Source: Stellaceae bacterium (GTDB lineage: Bacteria > Pseudomonadota > Alphaproteobacteria > ATCC43930 > CGMCC-115725). From it: a stretch of DNA of 30,762 nt. Numbering within the stretch: position 1 is the stretch's first letter; each line of letters opens with the position of its first letter. The DNA lies in the NCBI GenBank assembly GCA_035509095.1, contig DATJLY010000139.1:1-30762 (forward strand), read 5' to 3'. The notes under the pieces were generated by a model, which was not told the DNA's origin, searched no databases, and saw only the letters and a list, made by a program, of their open reading frames with translations. Made by a program: the position numbers and the translations under genes. Positions 25,917 through 30,762 of the stretch are shown piece by piece.

Positions 25917-26207
25917 TCACAAGCGGTCGGGCCATCGGCGTGCGCCGTGAAACACGCGGAGGATGTGGATCACGTCACCGGCCAGACGATAGGGGACGAC
26001 GAACGGTGTCCTGGCGATCACGAGCTCTCGCGTGCCGGGAACTCGACCCGGTCGCCCCGTCCCGGGATGAACAGGCAGTGTCGTTTCAACGGCCTCGATG
26101 ATATGCAGTGCAAGTCGCCGCGCAGCGGCCGGATCATCGAGCGAGATGTAAGCGCGCAGTTCCAAAAGGTCGTCGATCGATTCAGGCGACCAGACGAGTT
26201 GCGTCAC
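25917..26207 (-). CDS. Type II toxin, RelE/ParE family
   Basis: 96 aa; WSPESIDDL...YI..DDP.AA, GRPGRVPGTRELV, VPYR and ILRVFHGARRWP. Confidence 0.88.
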   Translation of the reverse strand: MTQLVWSPESIDDLLELRAYISLDDPAAARRLALHIIEAVETTLPVHPGTGRPGRVPGTRELVIARTPFVVPYRLAGDVIHILRVFHGARRWPDRL

Positions 26208-26470
26208 GACGTCCTTGGTGACGGTTTCTCAGCCTCGCTTCCCCAGGAAGCGACCCAGTCTTTGACCGCGCGGTGGGGCACTCCCTCGCCCTTCTCGACC
26301 GATGTCATCGCACGCTTGATTCCCGCGATCTGCCATTCGTTGACATCGAGATAGGCGTCGATGGCTTCTGCCGCCAGGACGGAACGGCTGCGGCCGGACC
26401 TCTTCGCGAGCTGCTCGAGCCGCTTCATCACGCCGACCGTGACCTTGATACTGAGTGTCGTGGGGCGCAT
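26204..26470 (-). CDS. Type II antitoxin, CopG/ribbon-helix-helix
   Basis: TLSIKV strand, RLEQLAKRSGRSRS..AAEAI..YL and WQIAGI..A. Its stop overlaps the toxin start (GTGA). GTG 26473 is an alternative start. Confidence 0.85.
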   Translation of the reverse strand: MRPTTLSIKVTVGVMKRLEQLAKRSGRSRSVLAAEAIDAYLDVNEWQIAGIKRAMTSVEKGEGVPHRAVKDWVASWGSEAEKPSPRTS

Positions 26471-26495
26471 CACGCTGTCTCAAAAGTTGCCTCGC

Positions 26496-26524
26496 AGTAT
26501 AAATAGGCCGCGGCGCAACGTCAC
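26496..26524 (-). promoter_or_regulatory. Putative promoter of the toxin-antitoxin operon
   Basis: On the - strand: GTGACG (26524-26519), 17 nt, TATACT (26501-26496). Confidence 0.5.
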
Positions 26525-26584
26525 CAGCCATCTCGCCGTCCCCGCTACCCAAATCTCGTCCCGCCCCTTATGGTCGCTTTCATC

Positions 26585-27544
26585 ATGCGGGTCTTTGGGC
26601 ATGCGAGGGCGGTGGGCGACGATCGCGGCGCGGTTCTCGCGATCGGCAATTTCGACGGCGTCCATCTCGGACATCAGACCGTGCTCGCCGAAGCGCGCGC
26701 CCGCGCGCGCGCGGCCGGCACGCGGCTCGCGGTCCTCACTTTCGAGCCGCATCCCCGCTCGGTGTTTCAGCCGGGAATCGCGCCGTTCCGTCTGACGCCT
26801 TTTCGCGACAAGGTGCGGCTTCTCGCCGAGCTTGGCGTCGATCTTTTGATCGCGCGTCGTTTCGACTTGGCGTTCGCCGCGAAGTCCGCCGAAGCTTTCG
26901 TGCGCGAGCTGCTGGTCGAAGGGCTGGGCGTGCGCCACGTGGTGGTGGGCTATGATTTCGTGTTCGGCAACCGCCGGCGCGGCAATCCAACCTTGCTGCG
27001 CGAGCTGGGGGCCGCGGCCGGCTTTTCCGTCAGCGTCGTCGATCCGGTCGCGAGCGGATCGGGCGCGGTCTATCGTTCCACCCTGATCCGCGAGCATCTC
27101 GTGGCGGGTCGCCCGGTCGAGGCCGCGTCTCTTCTGGGCCGCGCATGGGAAATCGGCGGGCGCGTGCGCCTGGGCGATCGGCTTGGCCGCACCATCGGCT
27201 TTCCAACCGCCAATCTCGCGCTCGCCGACTATCTGCGGCCGGCGGCGGGCGTCTATGCGGTGCGCGCGGGGCTGACCGAAGGCGGACGCACGCGCTGGTT
27301 CGACGGCGCCGCCAATCTCGGCTGGCGTCCGACCGTCGGCGGCACGGATCTGCGGCTCGAGACGCATCTCTTCGATTTCGACGGCGACCTTTATGGCAGG
27401 CGGCTGCGCGTCGCCTTCATCGAACGTCTGCGGCCGGAGCAGCGCTTCTCGGGGCTCGATGCGTTGAAGGCGCAGATCGCCGAGGATTGCGTTCGCGCCC
27501 GCGCGCGCCTTGGCTCACATTCGCGATCCGATGCCGATGCGTAG
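26585..27544 (+). CDS. ribF: Bifunctional FAD synthetase/riboflavin kinase
   Basis: IGNFDGVHLGH, TFEPHP, VVGYDF.FG, GRTIGFPTAN, NLGWRPT and ETHLFDFDGDLYG. Start is 26585 or 26570. Confidence 0.95.
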   Translation: MRVFGHARAVGDDRGAVLAIGNFDGVHLGHQTVLAEARARARAAGTRLAVLTFEPHPRSVFQPGIAPFRLTPFRDKVRLLAELGVDLLIARRFDLAFAAKSAEAFVRELLVEGLGVRHVVVGYDFVFGNRRRGNPTLLRELGAAAGFSVSVVDPVASGSGAVYRSTLIREHLVAGRPVEAASLLGRAWEIGGRVRLGDRLGRTIGFPTANLALADYLRPAAGVYAVRAGLTEGGRTRWFDGAANLGWRPTVGGTDLRLETHLFDFDGDLYGRRLRVAFIERLRPEQRFSGLDALKAQIAEDCVRARARLGSHSRSDADA

Positions 27545-28547
27545 GCCGGTCGTCCTGCTGTTTGCGCTGCTCGTCGCGGCCAATGTCGCGGCCTGGCTCG
27601 CGGCGCTCATCGTGTTCCGTGCGCATCCGGTGCTGCTGGGCACGGCGCTTCTTGCCTACAGCCTGGGGCTGCGCCACGCGGTCGATGCCGATCACATCGC
27701 CGCCATCGACAACGTGACGCGAAAGCTCATGGCGGCGGGTCAGCGCCCGATCGCGGCCGGCTTCTATTTCTCGCTCGGCCATTCGAGCGTGGTGGTGGCG
27801 GCCTCGCTTGCGGTGGCGTTCGGCGCGAGCGAGCTCGAAGCGCGCTTTGCCGGGTTGCGCGACCTGGGCGACGTGGTGGGGACCGCGGTGTCGGCGCTGT
27901 TCCTGTTCGCGGTGGCGGCGGCGAACCTTGCCGTGCTGGGCGCCGTCTGGCATGCGCTTGCCCGGGTCCGGCGCGGCGGCGTGCTGATCGAGGACGAGCT
28001 TGACCGCCTGCTGGGACGGCGCGGGTTCCTCGGCCGCATCTTCGCGCCGCTGTTCCGTCTCGTCAGCACCAGCCGGCACATGTACCCGCTGGGCTTCCTG
28101 TTCGGGCTCGGGTTCGATACCGCGACCGAGATCGCGCTGTTGGGGATCGCGGCGGCCGAGGCCGCGAAGGGCTTGCCGCTCGCCTCGGTGCTGATCTTCC
28201 CGGCCCTGTTCGCCGCCGGGATGGCGCTCGTCGACACGGCCGACAGCGTGCTCATGGTGGGCGCCTATGGCTGGGCCTTCGTCGAGCCGCAGCGGCGGCT
28301 CTATTACAATTTCGCCGTGACGCTTGTGTCGGTGCTGGTTGCGGTCGCGGTGGGCGGCATCGAGGCGTTGGGCCTGGCGGTCGACAAATTCGGGTTCGCC
28401 GGGCCGTTCTGGACCATGATTTCCGGCCTCAATGACCATCTTGGCGCGATCGGCTACATCATTATCGCAGTGCTGGCGCTGATGTGGCTGGTGGCGGCGG
28501 TGTTGTGGCGGCTCGGCGGGTTGACGCCGCGACGCGGCACCCCCTAA
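27531..28547 (+). CDS. NiCoT (HoxN/HupN/NixA) nickel/cobalt permease
   Basis: RHAVDADHIAAIDN, FSLGHSSVV, GFLFGLGFDTATE and GM.LVDT.D motifs. ATG at 27531 or 27537 overlaps the ribF end. Confidence 0.93.
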   Translation: MPMRRPVVLLFALLVAANVAAWLAALIVFRAHPVLLGTALLAYSLGLRHAVDADHIAAIDNVTRKLMAAGQRPIAAGFYFSLGHSSVVVAASLAVAFGASELEARFAGLRDLGDVVGTAVSALFLFAVAAANLAVLGAVWHALARVRRGGVLIEDELDRLLGRRGFLGRIFAPLFRLVSTSRHMYPLGFLFGLGFDTATEIALLGIAAAEAAKGLPLASVLIFPALFAAGMALVDTADSVLMVGAYGWAFVEPQRRLYYNFAVTLVSVLVAVAVGGIEALGLAVDKFGFAGPFWTMISGLNDHLGAIGYIIIAVLALMWLVAAVLWRLGGLTPRRGTP

Positions 28548-28555
28548 GAGGCCTC

Positions 28556-30762
28556 ATGGCCGACGACTACCGCGCGAGCGTGTTCCTGCCGCAGACGACG
28601 TTCCCGATGCGGGGCGGGCTCGCGAAGCTCGAGCCCGAGCTCATGGACCGCTGGCGCCGCATCGGTCTGTGGGCGCGGCTCAGGGAGAAGAGCCGCGGGC
28701 GCGAGAAATTCATCCTTCATGACGGCCCGCCTTATGCCAACGGCAATCTCCATATCGGCCACGCGCTCAACAAGATTTTGAAGGACGTGATCAACCGCTC
28801 GCAGCAGATGCTGGGCAAGGACGCGGTCTACGTGCCGGGCTGGGACTGCCACGGCCTGCCGATCGAATGGAAGATCGAAGAGGAATATCGGGCGAAGAAG
28901 CGCTCGAAGGACGATGTGCCGATCCTCGAATTCCGCCGGGAATGCCGCGACTTCGCGGCACGCTGGATCAAGGTGCAGAGCGCGGAGTTTCAGCGCCTGG
29001 GCGTGCTTGGCGACTGGGACCATCCCTATACCACCATGAGCTTCGACGCCGAGGCGCAGATCGTGCGCGAGATCGGCAAGTTCCTGATGAATGGCGGGCT
29101 CTACAAAGGCGCCAAGCCGGTGATGTGGTCGGTCGTGGAGAAGACCGCGCTCGCCGAGGCCGAGATCGAGTATCACGACCACGTTTCGGACCAGGTCTGG
29201 GTGAAGTTTCCCGTGGCAACCGCCGCGCCCGCGGTCGCGGGGCTGCAATCCGTGGTGATCTGGACGACGACGCCTTGGACGCTTCCCGGCAATCGCGCGA
29301 TCGCCTATGGCCCCGGCCTCGATTACGTGGTGGCCGAGGTGACGGAGCCGGGCGCCACCTGCCTCGGCAAAGGCGAGCGGATCGCGTTTGCGGCGGCGCG
29401 CCAGGAAGCGGTCGAAGCGGCGCTCGGCGTCGCAACGCGGGTGCTGTCGCGGGTGCGGGGCAGCGCCCTTGCCGGCACGATCGCGCGCCACCCGCTCGCC
29501 GGTCAGGGCTATGAGTTTGCCGTGCCGCTTCTTCCCGGCGGCTTCGTCACCGACACGGACGGCACGGGCTTTGTCCATGTCGCGCCCGGCCACGGCGAGG
29601 ATGATTGGGAGCTGGGCCGGGCCCACGGGGTCGAGGTGCCGCAGACCGTTGCCGATGACGGCACCTACTATCCTCACGTGCCGCTGTTTGCCGGCCGGCA
29701 TGTCTATTGGCCCAACGGCAAGACCGGTGACGCCAACCGCGCCGTGATGGACGCGATCGCCGCCGCGGGGTGTCTCCTGGCGACGTCGCGGCTGCAGCAT
29801 TCCTATCCGCATTCCTGGCGATCGAAGGCGCCGCTCATCTTCCGCAACACGCCGCAATGGTTCATCTCGATGGAGACGAACCGCTTGCGCGACGTGGCGC
29901 TCGCGGCGATCGACGAGACGCGCTGGGTCCCGCAGCAAGGGCGCAACCGCATCCGCGCCATGATCGAGACGCGGCCCGACTGGTGCGTGTCGCGCCAGCG
30001 CGCCTGGGGCGTGCCGATCGCCGTCTTCACGTCGCGCAAGACCGGCGAGCCGCTGCGCGACCAGGGCGTGGTCGACCGCATCGTCGCCGCCTTTGCGAAG
30101 GACGGCGCCGACGCCTGGTACAAGACCGACCCGAGCGTCTTTCTGGGACCGGGCCGCGATCCCGCCGAGTTCGAGCAGGTCACGGACATCGTCGATGTGT
30201 GGTTCGACAGCGGCTCGACCCACAGCTTCGTGCTGGAGAGCCGGCCCGATCTCGCCTGGCCGGCATCGCTTTATCTCGAAGGATCGGACCAGCATCGCGG
30301 CTGGTTCCATTCCTCGCTTCTCGAATCGTGCGGCACGCGCGGCCGCGCGCCGTATCGCGCGGTCCTGACCCACGGCTTCCTTCTGGACGAGCAGGGGTTC
30401 AAGCTGTCGAAGTCCGCGGGCAACGCGTTCTGGGTCGCCGACGCGCTCAAGGACAACGGCGCCGATATCCTGCGGCTTTGGGTCGCGGGGTCGGACTATA
30501 CCGAGGATGTGAGCTTCGGGCCCGAGATCCTTAAGCATTTGAACGAATCCTACCGGCGCTTGCGCAACACGCTGCGCTATCTTCTCGGCAGCCTTGCCGG
30601 GTTCGCGCCGGCCGAGCGGGTCGAGGCGGAGGCGATGCCGGAGCTCGAACGCTTCGTGCTCCATCGCCTTTCCGTGCTCGACGCGATGGTGCGGCAAAGT
30701 GCCGATTCGTTCGATTTCCACACGCTTTTCACGGCGCTCCATAATTTCTGCGCGGTCGATCT
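28556..30762 (+). CDS. ileS: Isoleucine-tRNA ligase, bacterial type 1 (3'-truncated)
   Basis: Hand translation from ATG 28556: LHDGPPYANG, HIGH (28751-28762), GWDCHGLP, WTTTPWT, GTGFVH, DWCVSRQR, DVWFDSG, YLEGSDQHRGWF and KLSKS (30401-30415). No stop was found in the parts read, and the ORF track omits the gene, consistent with no stop before the window end. Confidence 0.96.
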   Translation, partial: MADDYRASVFLPQTTFPMRGGLAKLEPELMDRWRRIGLWARLREKSRGREKFILHDGPPYANGNLHIGHALNKILKDVINRSQQMLGKDAVYVPGWDCHGLPIEWKIEEEYRAKKRSKDDVPILEFRRECRDFAARWIKVQSAEFQRLGVLGDWDHPYTTMSFDAEAQIVREIGKFLMNGGLYKGAKPVMWSVVEKTALAEAEIEYHDHVSDQVWVKFPVATAAPAVAGLQSVVIWTTTPWTLPGNRAIAYGPGLDYVVAEVTEPGATCLGKGERIAFAAARQEAVEAALGVATRVLSRVRGSALAGTIARHPLAGQGYEFAVPLLPGGFVTDTDGTGFVHVAPGHGEDDWELGRAHGVEVPQTVADDGTYYPHVPLFAGRHVYWPNGKTGDANRAVMDAIAAAGCLLATSRLQHSYPHSWRSKAPLIFRNTPQWFISMETNRLRDVALAAIDETRWVPQQGRNRIRAMIETRPDWCVSRQRAWGVPIAVFTSRKTGEPLRDQGVVDRIVAAFAKDGADAWYKTDPSVFLGPGRDPAEFEQVTDIVDVWFDSGSTHSFVLESRPDLAWPASLYLEGSDQHRGWFHSSLLESCGTRGRAPYRAVLTHGFLLDEQGFKLSKSAGNAFWVADALKDNGADILRLWVAGSDYTEDVSFGPEILKHLNESYRRLRNTLRYLLGSLAGFAPAERVEAEAMPELERFVLHRLSVLDAMVRQSADSFDFHTLFTALHNFCAVD

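Noticed and set aside
25917-26524. Mobile element or prophage carrying the TA pair
   Set aside because: No transposase, integrase, terminal inverted repeats or direct repeats were seen.
26474-26584. FMN riboswitch before ribF, or cobalamin riboswitch/NikR site before the NiCoT gene
   Set aside because: The spacer is too short and lacks the conserved riboswitch sequences; the NiCoT gene has no intergenic region at all.
27071-27091. RibF YRSTLIR instead of the usual xSSTxxR motif
   Set aside because: It is a single codon (CGT versus AGT) with all other motifs intact, and cannot be told from ordinary variation or a base-call error without reads.
28544-30742. 732-aa antisense ORF exactly in register with ileS (tempting as a sense/antisense synthetase pair)
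   Set aside because: Long in-register antisense ORFs are expected in GC-rich coding DNA, and it has no recognisable motifs.

Overview
GC-rich chromosomal segment that looks alphaproteobacterial, most like a Rhodospirillales-type organism (inferred from gene types and promoter/repeat style, not from a search). About 30 CDS are supported, and both ends are truncated. Left to right: the 3' part of a large exoprotein built of regular ~95-aa repeats, sapC, a CmcJ/NvfI-type 2OG-Fe(II) oxygenase and a lone gspG; a long minus-strand run (VOC enzyme, TsaA/TrmO-like, UspA, DUF1800, Tat-exported DUF1501, gentisate-dioxygenase-like cupin, small hypothetical, NMT1/SsuA-type binding protein); an amidohydrolase and a luciferase-like monooxygenase; a 3.5-unit REP/REPIN-like palindrome array; uvrD-prmA-uppP; an anion permease; a GGDEF cyclase, a thioesterase and a Tat amidase; an SCP2-type thiolase, a cupin, an HCHL-like crotonase and a second binding protein; a RelE/ParE-RHH toxin-antitoxin pair; and ribF-NiCoT-ileS (ileS is missing from the ORF track because it runs off the window). 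The best non-coding signal is an ~88-nt suhB/alpha-r8 (MmgR)-like sRNA at 21217-21304 (-), with two anti-Shine-Dalgarno motifs and a CtrA-like promoter. It lies in an amidase-sRNA-thioesterase-diguanylate cyclase block that carries other cell-cycle-type cis elements. All family calls come from motifs read by eye and recalled family knowledge; no database search was run.
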